DNA of 64,000 nucleotides from an uncultured Acidobacteriota bacterium. Its GTDB lineage: Bacteria; Acidobacteriota; Terriglobia; Acidiferrales; UBA7541. The stretch lies in contig CAWHVX010000006.1 in assembly GCA_963832975.1 (NCBI GenBank), forward strand, positions 912,243 to 976,242. Reading direction: 5' to 3'. The notes beneath the pieces are model-generated. The model saw only the letters and a program-made list of their open reading frames with translations, searched no databases and was not told where the DNA came from. Position numbers and translations under genes: made by a program. Numbering within the stretch: the stretch's first letter is position 1; the number at the start of each line of letters is the position of its first letter. Positions 44,052 to 58,635 of this stretch are shown piece after piece.

Positions 44052-46475
44052 ATGCGCCTGATCGACCGATACATTTGCCGCGAAGTAGTTTCCCACGCCT
44101 TGCTGGGCCTCGTCGTATTTACATTCGTATTTTTTGTGCCGCGGCTCGTGCAACTGATGGACCTGGTGGTGCGGCACTCGGGCAACGCCGGGACCGTGAC
44201 ATTGCTCTTTCTGTGTACGCTGCCGCCGGCGCTGGCGTTTACGCTGCCGATGGCCGTGCTTGTCGGCGTCCTTATCGGGCTGGGCCGGATGTCCGCCGAC
44301 AGCGAAATCGTGGCGCTGCACGCGGCGGGCATCGGGCTCCGCCGGCTGCTGCTGCCGATCGGATTCGTGGCGCTGGCCGGGACGTGCGTTACGCTGGCCA
44401 CGACATTCTGGCTAAGTCCGGCTTCCCTGCGGACGCTGCGAAGCCTCGAGGATAGGCTCCTCGCGTCGCAAGCGTCGTTTTCGATCCAGCCGCGGGTCTT
44501 CGACGAACGATTTCCGCACGTCGTATTATACGTGCAAGACGTGGAAGCCGCCGCAACGCGATGGCGGGGAGTCTTCCTGGCAACATCGGGGGCGATCGGC
44601 TTCCGGACGGCCAGCGGCTCGCGGCCCGGATCGAACGAAACGGCGGTGACCACCGCCGAGAACGCCTTCATCATGAGCGGATCATCGGCGGGCCAGATTC
44701 AGCTGCATCTGGGCAGCGGCAGCACGCACGAATACGATCCGCGCGACCCGAATCGGTATAACGTGACGACCTTCGGCGAGAACGACATTCCCGTCGATAT
44801 TTCCGCCGCCACCACCGCCGCGCGAAATACGCCGCTATCGACGGCGGAGCGTCCCACGATGGCTCTGCTGACCGACAACGGGCCGCACTGGCGCGACAGC
44901 CGAATCGAGTTTCAGCGGCGCATCGCGGTTCCCGCGGCGTGCTTGATCTTTGCGCTGCTGGGCGTGCCGATCGGCGTGCGCCCGCGCCGCGGAGGCCGCG
45001 CCGCCGGGCTGATTCTCGCGCTCATTCTGATCGGCGGGTACTACTTCATTTTTGTGTATGGGATTCACATGGCTGAGCTCGGGCGCGTGAGTCCCTGGCT
45101 CGGAGTATGGGCAGCCGATATCGCGGCGGCCGCTGTGGGGCTGTTTTTCCTGCGCCGGATCGAAAATGTGCGCAAGCAAAACCCTCTATTTACATGGGCG
45201 GAATCGCTGTGGTTACGGCGCGCCCGAAAGAGCCAGGCCGCAAACGGAAATGGGCGGGTCGCGGCGATGCCAGCGCCGGCGGCTGCGGCGACGCCTATCT
45301 CGAATGGGCCGCTCGGGCTCGCGTCCGCAACGGCGGCGGCTCGCATTGAAAGAGACACTCGCGCGAGCAGCACGATGGCGTTTCCGATGCTCGTCGATGT
45401 CTACCTCTTCCAGCAGTTTTCCTACTACCTGGTGGTGCTGCTGGTCGCGTTTGTGCTGATCTTCGACGCTTTTACGCTCTTCGATCTGCTGGGCGATATC
45501 ACGCGCAACCACATCGGTGTGCTGACGGTGCTGAACTACTTTCGCTACCTCGTGCCGCTGATGGTCTACCAGCTTGCGCCGCTGGCGACGCTGGTGGCGA
45601 CGCTGGTGACGCTGGCGATCCTGGCGAAAAACAACGAGGTGATCGCGCTGAAGGCGAGCGGCATCAGCATGTACCGGCTCGTGCTGCCGCTACTGCTGTG
45701 CTCGTGCCTCGTGGCGGGCGGAATGTTTCTGCTCGACGATACGTTTCTGCCATACGCCAACCAGCGGCAGGACGCGCTGCGCGATCGCATCAAGGGCAAG
45801 CCCGCGCAGACGTATCTCGAGCCTGCGCGGCAGTGGATTTTCGGCGAGCACTCGAAGATCTACAACTACGAGCTGTTCGATCCCGACCGGCAGCTATTTG
45901 GAGGCTTGAACGTCTTCGAGCTCGATCCGGCGACGTTTCAGATTCGCCGCCGCATCTACGCGACGCGCGCCACATGGGAGCCGACGGAAAGCGCCTGGGT
46001 GCTGACCGGCGGATGGGTGCGCGATTTCGACGCCGATGGGCACGTGCTGCGCTACGAGCCGTTCACCGCGACATCGCTGCCTGAATTGACCGAGCCACCC
46101 AGCTATTTCCGGCGGGAGGTGCGCCAGTATTACCAGATGAACTGGCGGCAGCTCGGCCAGTACATCGCGAGTCTGCGGCAGGCCGGCTTCGATACCGCGC
46201 GGCTATCGGTGCAGTGGCAAAAGAAATTCGCGTTTCCGCTGATTGCGGCGATTATCGTGTTTTTGAGCGCACCGTTTGCGTTTCTTACGGGAACGCGCGG
46301 AGCGATTGGCGGATTGGCGGTCGCCGTGGGGATTGGCGTGGTGTATTGGGCAACGTCGGCGTTATTTGAGGCGATGGGTTCGGCCGGACAGCTGCCGCCT
46401 TTGCTCGCCGGGTGGGCGCCGGATGCGATTTTCGGATTTCTCGGCGTTTATTTCTTCCTGAGAATGCCGACCTGA
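44052..46475 (+). CDS. fused LptF-like plus LptG-like LPS export permease (two YjgP/YjgQ modules in one 807-aa ORF)
   Basis: Module 1: MRLIDRYICREV...SADSEIVALHAAGIG.... Module 2 from about aa 442 (ATG 45375): MAFPMLVDVYLFQQF...NNEVIALKASGISMYRL.... About 60-aa Ala/Pro-rich linker, same frame, no stop. Confidence 0.8.
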   Translation: MRLIDRYICREVVSHALLGLVVFTFVFFVPRLVQLMDLVVRHSGNAGTVTLLFLCTLPPALAFTLPMAVLVGVLIGLGRMSADSEIVALHAAGIGLRRLLLPIGFVALAGTCVTLATTFWLSPASLRTLRSLEDRLLASQASFSIQPRVFDERFPHVVLYVQDVEAAATRWRGVFLATSGAIGFRTASGSRPGSNETAVTTAENAFIMSGSSAGQIQLHLGSGSTHEYDPRDPNRYNVTTFGENDIPVDISAATTAARNTPLSTAERPTMALLTDNGPHWRDSRIEFQRRIAVPAACLIFALLGVPIGVRPRRGGRAAGLILALILIGGYYFIFVYGIHMAELGRVSPWLGVWAADIAAAAVGLFFLRRIENVRKQNPLFTWAESLWLRRARKSQAANGNGRVAAMPAPAAAATPISNGPLGLASATAAARIERDTRASSTMAFPMLVDVYLFQQFSYYLVVLLVAFVLIFDAFTLFDLLGDITRNHIGVLTVLNYFRYLVPLMVYQLAPLATLVATLVTLAILAKNNEVIALKASGISMYRLVLPLLLCSCLVAGGMFLLDDTFLPYANQRQDALRDRIKGKPAQTYLEPARQWIFGEHSKIYNYELFDPDRQLFGGLNVFELDPATFQIRRRIYATRATWEPTESAWVLTGGWVRDFDADGHVLRYEPFTATSLPELTEPPSYFRREVRQYYQMNWRQLGQYIASLRQAGFDTARLSVQWQKKFAFPLIAAIIVFLSAPFAFLTGTRGAIGGLAVAVGIGVVYWATSALFEAMGSAGQLPPLLAGWAPDAIFGFLGVYFFLRMPT

Positions 46476-46512
46476 CCTTACCCCGGACGCCGGCGCTACC
46501 AATACCCCCTTA

Positions 46513-49199
<2,687 letters not shown>

Positions 49200-49284
49200 T
49201 TCGCTCCTCAGATATTGCGGATGTCAGGTTTCAATTCCGATTTCGGTTGAATTTCGTCGGCGCGCCCACAACTGAAGCGAAACT

Positions 49285-51527
49285 TCAGGCGCGCTGCTGT
49301 GCATCAACTGTTACTTGAGACGGCTCTTTCGAGTCCTCCGCGCCCAGCTCGGAAAAATCGGCGATGGTCGAGAATTCCTTTAACAGCATGCGCGAGCAGC
49401 GCGATTCGATTGCGACGGATTTCTTCGTCTTCAGCCATCACTAGAACTTTATCAAAGAAGTGATCGACTGCCGGACGCAGCTCGGAGATTTTCTCAAGCG
49501 CTACTCGATATTTCTTTTCCTTCTTGCGGCTGGCTGCCTCATTGCCGATTCGCTGCGCGGCGGTGTAGAGCTGAAGCTCAGGCGCTTCCTTCAATAGATC
49601 GGGGCATACGGCTCCCTGCCCTTTGTCGCCTTTACCTGCCGACTTTTCGAGGATGTTGCGGATGCGCTTGAAGCTGGCCGCGAGCGGCGGGAAATCTTTC
49701 GTGTTGCGGATCGCCCGGAGGGCGGCGATTCGTTCGACAGCGTCGACCAGATCGTCCGCACCGGCGGCGAAAGCGGCGTTGATTTCGTCATAGGCGAAGC
49801 CGCGGCGCTCGCGAAGAATGTAGCGTGCGCGCTCGAGCAGGAAATCGAGCGCCTGCTGCTCGATTTCGGGCGATGCAGCAATCTTCGGCGCATGGTCGCG
49901 CAGGGCGATAGTCGCTGCGGAGATCGTCGCCGAAAGCGAGATGGGCAGCTTTTTCTCGAGAATGATCTTGACGATGCCGAGGGCCGCGCGGCGCAAAGCG
50001 AAAGGATCACTTGAACCTGTGGGGATCGCGCCGACTGCAAAGCATGTGACGAGCGAATCCAATTTATCCGCGAGCGCCACCGCACATCCCGCCAGATTGC
50101 GCGGGATCGGATCATCGAGGCCGAGCGGCTTGTAGTGATCGTAGACCGCCCAGGCGATTTCGTCGGGCTCGCCTTGCGCGCTGGCGTAAAGCCCCCCGAC
50201 GATTCCCTGCAGCTCCGTAAACTCGCGAACCATTTCCGTGACGAGATCGCATTTCGCGAGTTCCGCCGCGCGATCGGAACCCGCCACATCCGCATGAGCG
50301 ACGCCGCTCGAAAACCATTGCTCGGCGAGCCAGCGCGCGAGGGTGCGCATGCGCTCGACTTTATCGCCATAGCTGCCGAGGCGGCGCTCGTAGGTGACGG
50401 CCGCGAGCTTTGGCAGATAATCGCCGAGCGGGATGCTTCTGATCGGTCTTCCAGAAGAATTGCGCGTCGGCAAAGCGCGCGCGCAGCACGCGTTCGTGGC
50501 CCGCGCGCACGAGGCCTTTCGGATCGCGCGGCAGATTGATCACCGCCAGGAAATGTGGCGCGAGTTCGCCGGTGCGGTTCTCGACGCGCGAAGTATTTCT
50601 GATGTCCGCGCATCACCGTGAGCAGAATCTCGTCGGGCAGCGCCAGGAACGAAGGATCGAAGTTGCCGAGAATCACGCTCGGATATTCGTTCAGATAGGT
50701 AACGAGGTCGAGGAGGACCGGCGTCCGCGTGCGTATGCAAGCCTTTGCGCGCGGTGAGCGAATGGATTTCGGCTTCGATCTTCTTACGGCGCTCTTCGGG
50801 CGGCACAGCACGAAATTCTTCTTGAGCTTCGGCTCGTAGTCGGCGGCGCCGGCCAGAGGAATGCTGCGCTTGCCGAGAAAGCGATGGCCATCTGACGCGC
50901 GTCCGGAGTGAACGTCGGCAAATGAGAATGGGATCACCTTACCATCGAGCAGCGCGACGATCCAGCGGATCGGGCGGATGAAGCGCGGGCTTTCGGCGCC
51001 GGTCCAATACATGGAGCGCGGCCAGCCGATTTCGCGGATCGCTTGCGGCAATGCCTTTGCGAGGATTTCCGCCGCCGGCTTTCCGTAGACCGTTTGCTTG
51101 ACGGCGAGGTATTCGCCCTTGGGGGTGCTGACCGTCGAGAGCTTCGAGAGCGGGACGCCTTGCTTCTCGGCAAAGCTGAGTGCGGCGCGAGTTGGCTCGC
51201 CAGCGGCGTCGAATGCGACAGATTTTGGCGGGCCAGTAATCTCGCGCGTCACATCTTCTTGTTTTACTCGAAGTCCGCGAGCGATAGCGGACGAGCCTTC
51301 GCGGCGCGCCAAAAACTTGAATTGCATCTTCAACTGTCGGCCCGTCGACCAAGCCGTGCGTCGGAAAGCTGCTTCGCAAGTATCGCTTTAAGCTCCTGCG
51401 CGGCCTTGGGGATCATGCCCGCGGGAATTTCTTCGCAGCCGATTTCGAAAAGCAAATCGGCGCGCAGATTTTCTTCCTTCACTTTCGCGGCTGCGCGTTT
51501 CGCAAGTGACTTCAAGCTTCGCTTCAT
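49285..51527 (-). CDS. glyS: glycine--tRNA ligase beta subunit, reading frame broken at 6 or more places
   Basis: Conserved GlyS text is only recovered by hopping frames. [16 protein letters not shown] (51330-51710), FGAPRRLV (50939-51379), [21 protein letters not shown] (49591-51333). Then [16 protein letters not shown] (50540-50806), [30 protein letters not shown] (50361-50543), [22 protein letters not shown] (49304-50473). [14 protein letters not shown] tail ends at TGA 49285. ATG 51527 overlaps the glyQ stop. Confidence 0.85.
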
Positions 51528-52496
51528 GCCGTCACCCCAGCTCCAGTTGCGGTGACGACTGCCCCTTCGACTGCCGCCCGCTGGTCGAGCCACGCGCGCG
51601 CCACTTGCGTCGCGAGTTTGCGCACGCGCCCGATCATCCCGGCGCGTTCGGTGACGGAAATCGCGCCGCGTGCATCGAGCACGTTGAACAGGTGCGAACA
51701 TTTCAGGCACAGATCGTAGGCTTCGAGGATCGGAAAGCGACGAACCGCTTCCCCTTTGATCTTTGTGTACTCGGCCAGCAGGCGCGCGGCCTCTGCTTCG
51801 ACCAGATCGAACTGCTTGCGCGTCGAGACCGCGTCTGCATAGTCAAAGCTGTAGGCGGAAAACTGCTCTTCTTCGGCCAGCCGCACCTCGCGATAACTCA
51901 CCGTATCGGACCACATCACATCGTAGACGTTCTCCACATCCTGCAGATACGCGGCGATGCGATCGAGGCCGTAGGTGAGCTCGACGGAAATGGGATCGAG
52001 GTCGACGCCTCCGCATTGCTGGAAATAGGTGAACTGCGTGATCTCAAGCCCGTCGAGCAGCACCTGCCAGCCGATTCCCCACGCGCCGAGCGTAGGCGAT
52101 TCCCAGTTGTCCTCTTCAAAGCGGATGTCATGTTCCTTGAGATCGATGCCGACCGCGGCCAGGCTCTCAAGATAGAGATCCTGAATGTCCGCCGGGGAGG
52201 GCTTGAGTATCACTTGAAGTTGCGTGTGCTTGTAGAGGCGATTGGGATTTTCGCCGTAGCGGCCATCCGCGGGGCGGCGGCTGGGCTGTGCGTAGACCAC
52301 GCGATAAGGTTTCGGGCCGAGCACGCGCAGAGAATGTTTCCGGATGCATGGTGCCGGCGCCGACCTCGACGTCGTACGGCTGCTGCAGAATGCAGTCGCG
52401 GCTCGTCCAGTATTGTTCAAGTTTAAATAGAAGATCCTGGAACGTGAGGCCTTTGCGCGCGGCGGGCTTGCGAACTTTATTCTTGTCGGCTTGCAC
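51524..52496 (-). CDS. glyQ: glycine--tRNA ligase alpha subunit, frame broken once near 52328-52335
   Basis: [39 protein letters not shown] (frame of ORF 52167-52829) continues as [32 protein letters not shown]... (ORF 51524-52420). GTG 52496 start is tentative. Confidence 0.85.
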
Positions 52497-52504
52497 GGGA
52501 TTCT

Positions 52505-53263
52505 TCAAACGGGCGACTCCAGAAGTTCTCGGGACATAAGCTTGCGATCGATTTGATGTTCGATGACGTCGAGCATGGCCTCGGTCAGTTCTCGCATGGC
52601 GCGCGGCGGAGCGCCGTTGGAATCGGCGCCGTCGCTCAAACGGTCGAGGCGTTCGCTGAGCATCTTGCGCCCGAGCGAAAGCGCCGCGGGAGAAAGCGTG
52701 CGCATCCCGGCTTGCGGCACTGCCCGCAAACGATTGCGGAGGCGCTGGGGGAGGAATAGGCCGCTTCGCCGGCGGCCAGTTCCCTGCCGCAGCGGCCACA
52801 GCGGTCGAGGGAAGGCAGCCAGCCGCCAAGCTTTACCGTCCACAACGCGAAATACGCCAGCGGCAGCTCAGGCTTGCGCGAATGCTTTACGGTCTGCGCG
52901 GAAAGCAGGAGCAGGCGGAAGTTCGCGTCGTTCGCTTCGCGCTCCGGCAGGACGGCTTCGGTGATCTCCGAAAACAGCGCGAGGACGATGCTCGACGGGT
53001 AATCGCCGAAGGCATCGAGAAACGATTCGATCAACTCGCACTGGCTGATGCGCACCAGGTCGCGCGTCTCTCGCTCGAAGAACCAGATACGGATATGCGA
53101 GAGGCGCTCGAGCGTCGAGCCAAAGCGGCTTTTCGGGCGTCGCGATCCTGAGGCCACTCCGCGGACGCGCCCCATGGCCCGCGAGAGAAAACTTACCAGG
53201 CGGTCCGCTTCGCCGAGCGGGTAGCTGCTGCAGGACGATGGCTTCGGATTCATGAAGTGGCAT
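52505..53263 (-). CDS. recO: DNA repair protein RecO, frame broken at about 2 places
   Basis: [12 protein letters not shown] (ATG 53263), then [38 protein letters not shown] (ORF 52636-53253), then [16 protein letters not shown].. (ORF 52505-52843). Confidence 0.75.
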
Positions 53264-53520
53264 GTGAAGTGTCGGCTCGCCGACGGACGGGTGGGCCGCT
53301 CGCGCGCGTTTCGCCCTTGTGATTCGCGTGTTGAATGAACGACCGCATCGGGCCGGAACAGTCCGCGTGAGCCGCATGCACCGGAAGAAAATTTTTATCA
53401 CAGCCGCGGATGCGGCGCAATTGTTAAACGCCGCGGCGCCGGATATCGAATCTTGGAAACGCAAGAATCCTCAATCGCTTCGCTTGAAAATCCCACGCGC
53501 TCGGATAAAGTGTTTTCATC

Positions 53521-54555
53521 ATGGGTGCGTCCGAATCATCGAAGGCTGTGGATGTGGTGGGCGTCGGGATCAACGCGACCGATACGATCATCCGGCTGCC
53601 GCGCTTCCCCACGCTTGATTCCAAGGTCGAAATCATCTCGTCGCAGATGATGCCGGGCGGGCAGGTCGCGAGCGCCATGATTGCGTGCAGCCGCTGGGGG
53701 CTGCGCGTCCGCTACGTGGGGAAAATCGGCGAAGACGCCGCCGCGCAGCTTCAGATCGACGAAATGGAAAAAGAAGGTGTGGATGCACGCTGGATCACGG
53801 CTCCCGGCTGCGACAGTCAATCAGCGTATATTCTCGTGGACGAATCCTCGGGCGAGCGCACGGTCCTTTGGAAGCGCGATTCAAGTATCGCTTTAAGGCC
53901 TGGCGATCTCAAACGCGAATGGATTTGGGATGCGCGTATCCTGCTGATCGACGGGCACGACACGGAAGCGTCTGCGACGGCTGCGGGATGGGCGAGGCAA
54001 GAGGGACTTGAAGTGGTGGGCGACTTCGACAATCGCTATCCAGGAGTTGAAGCTGTCCTCGAACTCACGGACTTCCCGGTCGCATCGAAGGATTTTCCTG
54101 AGAGGCTTACGGGCGAGAAGGATTTGTTGAAGTCATTGCCCGCCATTTTTCGGCGATTCAAGTGTCGCTTGATAGCGGCGACGCTCGGCCGGCTGGGCGT
54201 GCTCGGATGGGACGGGGCGCGCTTCATTCTCTGCCCCGGTTTCTGCGTGGATGCGGTCGATACGACCGGAGCGGGCGACATTTTTCACGGGGCGTTTGTT
54301 TACGGCCTCGCCAAGAAAAGGCCGATTGAGGAACTACTTGAGTTCGCCTGCGCCGCGGCTGCGCTCAACTGCCTGGCTCCGGGCGCGCGGGGTAATATCG
54401 CTTCGCTTGCAGAAATCGAAAAGCTTCGACGCTCTGGCAAGCGCTCCGAACCGGCGTACTCGGGCGCGGAGTTGGACGAAGCCGCGCAAGCCGCGCGGTC
54501 TGCGCTCTCGACCTCGCGAGAGGATCACCGTTCCGGCGTTAGGCCCGGCCCATGA
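53521..54555 (+). CDS. PfkB-family carbohydrate kinase
   Basis: VGVGINATDTI, PGGQVASAM, and the DTTGAGDIFHGAF anion-hole motif. Confidence 0.85.
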   Translation: MGASESSKAVDVVGVGINATDTIIRLPRFPTLDSKVEIISSQMMPGGQVASAMIACSRWGLRVRYVGKIGEDAAAQLQIDEMEKEGVDARWITAPGCDSQSAYILVDESSGERTVLWKRDSSIALRPGDLKREWIWDARILLIDGHDTEASATAAGWARQEGLEVVGDFDNRYPGVEAVLELTDFPVASKDFPERLTGEKDLLKSLPAIFRRFKCRLIAATLGRLGVLGWDGARFILCPGFCVDAVDTTGAGDIFHGAFVYGLAKKRPIEELLEFACAAAALNCLAPGARGNIASLAEIEKLRRSGKRSEPAYSGAELDEAAQAARSALSTSREDHRSGVRPGP

Positions 54556-55250
54556 TTCCACTGAAGGACATGACCCCACGGCGGTCGTTTCCCGTGATGA
54601 CGTTGCTGCTGATCGCGATCAACGTCGTCGTATTCATTCACCAGCTCACGCTGCCGGGACCCGCGGGCGATCTCTTCATCAAAACCTACGGACTTGTACC
54701 CTCGAAAATCAGCCTGGCGCTTGCCGGGCACCACTACACGCTCGGACAAGCATTGCTTCCACTCTTTACCTGCATGTTTCTGCACGGCGGCTTTCTCCAC
54801 ATCATCGGCAACATGTGGTTCCTTTGGATTTTCGGCGCGAATGTGGAGGACCGAATGGGCCCGCTACCCTATCTAGCCTTCTACTTGATTACCGGACTCG
54901 GCTCGGGGATTGCAGAGGTGGCGTTTTCGTGGGGCTCGCACATTCCGTCGATTGGCGCAAGCGGAGCGATTTCCGGCGTGCTCGGCGCTTACATCGTGCT
55001 CTTTCCAAAGTCGCGAATCCTCACGCTGGTTCCCCTGCTCATCATCTGGTTCTTGTGGAAAGTTCCCGCGGTCATTTTTATCGGCTTGTGGTTTCTCATG
55101 CAGTTCGTGAGCGGCGTGGCCTCGCTCCACTCGATGGACAACGGCGGCGTTGCGTGGTGGGCGCACGTCGGAGGCTTTCTGCTCGGCATGCTTTTGGTGA
55201 AGGCGTTTGCCACGGCATCGCGGCGGCCCACCTACTATTATTCCCAGTGA
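54552..55250 (+). CDS. rhomboid-family intramembrane serine protease
   Basis: HGGFLHIIGNMWFLWIFG, GASGAISGVLGAY, and AWWAHVGGFLLG. ATGA overlap with the pfkB-family gene. Confidence 0.9.
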   Translation: MIPLKDMTPRRSFPVMTLLLIAINVVVFIHQLTLPGPAGDLFIKTYGLVPSKISLALAGHHYTLGQALLPLFTCMFLHGGFLHIIGNMWFLWIFGANVEDRMGPLPYLAFYLITGLGSGIAEVAFSWGSHIPSIGASGAISGVLGAYIVLFPKSRILTLVPLLIIWFLWKVPAVIFIGLWFLMQFVSGVASLHSMDNGGVAWWAHVGGFLLGMLLVKAFATASRRPTYYYSQ

Positions 55251-55584
55251 GGCTCGGGATGCTTTTGCCAGGCGATTGAAGCGACGCTTGAGGTCCGCCG
55301 ATTGCGTCGGCTTGCCGACAACTCGGGTTCTCGTTTACGTTTCGCCGCATTCATCATACGCCGTGAAGCCGCCGCCGGAGGCTCAAGTAAAACATGAGGT
55401 TGGATTTTCTTGCCCCGCCGCACGGCTCTCGGATCCCGAAGAAGCTTTCTTAGCCCGATTTTTTGGAGACTCCGGTGCGCGCGACGGTGCCACGGAAATG
55501 CAGATTGTGTTAAGGTAGCTGGCTTCGGTGAAGAGCGCTTGCATTCGCAATTCTAGTCCATGGAGCGCACGGGGGCACCGATCC

Positions 55585-57011
55585 ATGAAGAGTTCATATA
55601 GCGGCGTGGCGGTGCCGGCGGACGGCCAGGCGATCGAGTATAGCGGCGGCGAGTTTCACGTTCCCGACCGGCCGATCATCCCGTTCATCGAAGGGGATGG
55701 CACCGGGCGCGACATCTGGAAGGCGTCGCGGCGCGTGTTTGATGCGGCCGTCGAAAAGGCCTACGGCGGCAAGAAGAAGATCGCGTGGCTCGAGAGTCTA
55801 CGCCGGAGAAAAGTCATTCAATCAGTTTAAGGAATGGCTGCCGCAGGATACCGTCGACGCGATCCGCGATTTTCGCGTCGCGATCAAGGGCCCGCTGACC
55901 ACGCCCGTCGGCGGCGGCATACGCTCGCTCAACGTGACGCTGCGGCAACTGCTCGATCTCTACGCCTGCGTGCGCCCGGTGCGCTATTTCGAGGGCGTGC
56001 CTTCGCCGGTGCTACATCCCGAGCGCATGAACGTGGTGATCTTCCGCGAGAATACCGAAGACGTGTACGTCGGAATCGAATGGAAGTCCGGCACGCCCGA
56101 AGTGAAGAAGCTCATCGACTTCCTCGAACAACGAAATGCTGAAGGGTACGGCGAAGAGGATCCGCGAAGATTCCGGCATCGGCATCAAGCCGATCTCGCC
56201 GCACGGTACCAAGCGCCTGGTGCGCCGCGCGATCCAGCACGCCATCGAAAACGGCGCACGCGTCGTGACGCTGGTGCACAAGGGCAACATCATGAAGTTC
56301 ACCGAGGGCGCGTTCCGCGACTGGGGCTACGAACTGGCGACCGAGGAATTCCGCCAGCAGATCGTCACCGAGCGCGAAAGCTGGATCCTCGATAACAAAG
56401 ACCGCGACGCGAGCATCTCGATCGAGAAGAATGCCGCGCTGATCGAGCCGGGCCTCGATCAGGCTACCGAAGACTTCAAGAAGACGATCTACGCCGAGGT
56501 GAAGCAGACGCTCGACTCGATCTATGCGACGCACGGCCACGGCCAGTGGAAGAAGAAGATGCTGATCAACGACCGCATCGCCGATTCCGTGTTCCAGCAG
56601 GTGCTGACGCGCGCCGACGAGTATCAGGTGTTCGCGACGCCGAACCTAAACGGCGACTACATCTCGGATGCCTGCGCGGCGCAGGTCGGCGGGCTCGGCA
56701 TGGCGCCGGGCGCGAATATCGGCGATGGCTACGGCTGTTTCGAGGCAACACATGGCACAGCGCCGAAATATGCGGATAAGGACGTGATCAACCCGAGCTC
56801 GGTGATGCTTTCAGGCGTGATGATGTTCGAGTTCATGGGCTGGAACGAAGTCGGCAAGCTGATCGAGGACGGGATCGAGCGCACGATCCAGCAGAAGCGC
56901 GTGACCTACGATCTCGAGCGCTTGATGCCCGGCGCCACCAAAGTCAGCACCACGGATTTCGCCGCCTCCATCATCGACAATATGAAGGCCCCCGTTTCCG
57001 TTGGCCGGTAG
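55585..57011 (+). CDS. icd: NADP-type isocitrate dehydrogenase (homodimeric prokaryotic type), frame broken near 55803 and 56130
   Basis: [21 protein letters not shown] | [30 protein letters not shown] | [45 protein letters not shown], spread across ORFs 55528-55830, 55697-56395 and 56136-57011. Confidence 0.85.
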
Positions 57012-57331
57012 CCGCGTGCGGTCTGACGCTCGGAGATATCGCGGTCCCGAAAAATGTATTAGTTCCCGGCGAAAAACCAAGAAAAGCCGACATACTCTCA
57101 CGCGGGCCGCGAAGGACGACGGCTGGGTCGGGATGACACGCTCTTACTAGTGGAGTGCTAAATAGAATAGCCGGCAAGACGCCGGCGCTGCGTGCCCTGT
57201 GTGTCATTGAGTTTGATCTTCAGGCGCTGAAGCCCCGTGATAAAGTGTGAGCTTTATGTCGACGCCTGAAGTTGCGACCTACAATTGGATTCATTCTGCA
57301 CTATAAAAACTATCCCGGAGATGGAAAGACT

Positions 57332-58269
57332 ATGAGAAAGAAAGTGACGGTTGTAGGCGGCGGATTTGTCGGCTCGACGACAGCTCAACGAATACATGAT
57401 GCTGGGCTGGCGGACGTGGTCCTGACGGATATTCTGGAGGGGTGCCCGCGGGCAAGGCGCTCGACATGGCCGAGTCCGCGCCGATTCTCGGCTCGGATGC
57501 GCACGCCGCCGGCATATCAACGGCTGCCGGTGATTACAGCGAAACCGCGAATAGCGACATCATCGTCATCACCGCGGGTTTCCCCCGCAAGCCCGGGATG
57601 AGCCGCGACGACCTGCTGAAAGCAAACTACGACGTAATTAAAGCAGTGGTTGAAGCTGTGGTGAAGCTCTCGCCGAATGCGATTCTGATCGTGGTGACCA
57701 ATCCGCTCGATGCGATGGCGCAGGCAGCATTCAAGGTAAGCGGTTTCCCGAAGCATCGCGTGCTCGGGATGGCCGGTGTTCTCGACTCGGCACGCATGAG
57801 CACGTTCGTGGCGCGCGAATTGAATGTATCGGTTGAGAACGTGCACTCGTTCGTTCTGGGCGGGCACGGCGACGACATGGTACCGCTCGCGCGCTACTCG
57901 ACCGTCGCCGGGATTCCCCTCCCCGAGCTGATATCGAAAGAAAAGCTTGAAGCTATCATCGTCCGCACCCGCAAGGGCGGAGCAGAAATTGTCAACCTGC
58001 TGAAGACGGGCTCCGCCTACTACGCGCCGTCGGCGGCAGCGGTCGAGATGGTCGAGGCAATCTTAAAGGACAAGAAGAAGATTCTCCCCTGCGCGGTTTA
58101 CCTCGAAGGCGAGTACGGCATCAAGGGGATTTTCGTCGGCGTGCCGGTGAAGCTCGGCGCGAAGGGCGTGGAGCAGATCATCGAGATCAAGCTCACGCCG
58201 GAGGAAAAAGCTGCGCTGGATAAGTCGGCAGCGTCGGTGCGTGAACTAGTTAACGTTCTCGGCATCTAG
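57332..58269 (+). CDS. mdh: malate dehydrogenase (LDH-like type), frame broken at G-run 57439-57442
   Basis: [23 protein letters not shown] | (V)[29 protein letters not shown]... GAG GGG(G) GTG CCC restores the frame if the run is 5 G rather than 4. Confidence 0.9.
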
Positions 58270-58305
58270 CCCCTCGCCCGGTTCGCTGTGATGCTATAAA
58301 GACTT

Positions 58306-58635
58306 GTGCGCAAGAAGACGCTTCTCTGTCTAGCGGTCGGATGTGCTGTTGCGCTCGGTATTCCCGCAATGCAGTACGCTTGGTACTCGGTCCTGGGTGT
58401 ACCGTTCGATTGGCTGCAGCTCCTTTTTCTCATCATTCAGGCCCCAGGGATATTGATAAGTGCCCTTGTCTTCCGCATCCCTGTCACGAGTCACGACATG
58501 GGACTCGCGGCGATAGTTGCAAATGGCATTTTCTATAGTGCCGTTGCCCGAGCGGCCTGGAGCGTTCGAGATCTGCTACGTGCTTCGCCTAAACGGAATA
58601 CTTCTGAGCCAGGGGGAAGCGGCGGCCTACGCTGA
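58306..58635 (+). CDS. hypothetical small membrane protein
   Basis: GTG start, 3 hydrophobic segments, AT-richer. The tail overlaps the nadE 3' end. No family recognised. Confidence 0.35.
   Translation: MRKKTLLCLAVGCAVALGIPAMQYAWYSVLGVPFDWLQLLFLIIQAPGILISALVFRIPVTSHDMGLAAIVANGIFYSAVARAAWSVRDLLRASPKRNTSEPGGSGGLR

Noticed and set aside
49591-51333. The 580-aa track ORF read as one real protein.
   Set aside because: Only about the first 200 residues and short later stretches are GlyS-like. The remainder is out-of-frame text, and the true GlyS sequence hops between six or more frames.
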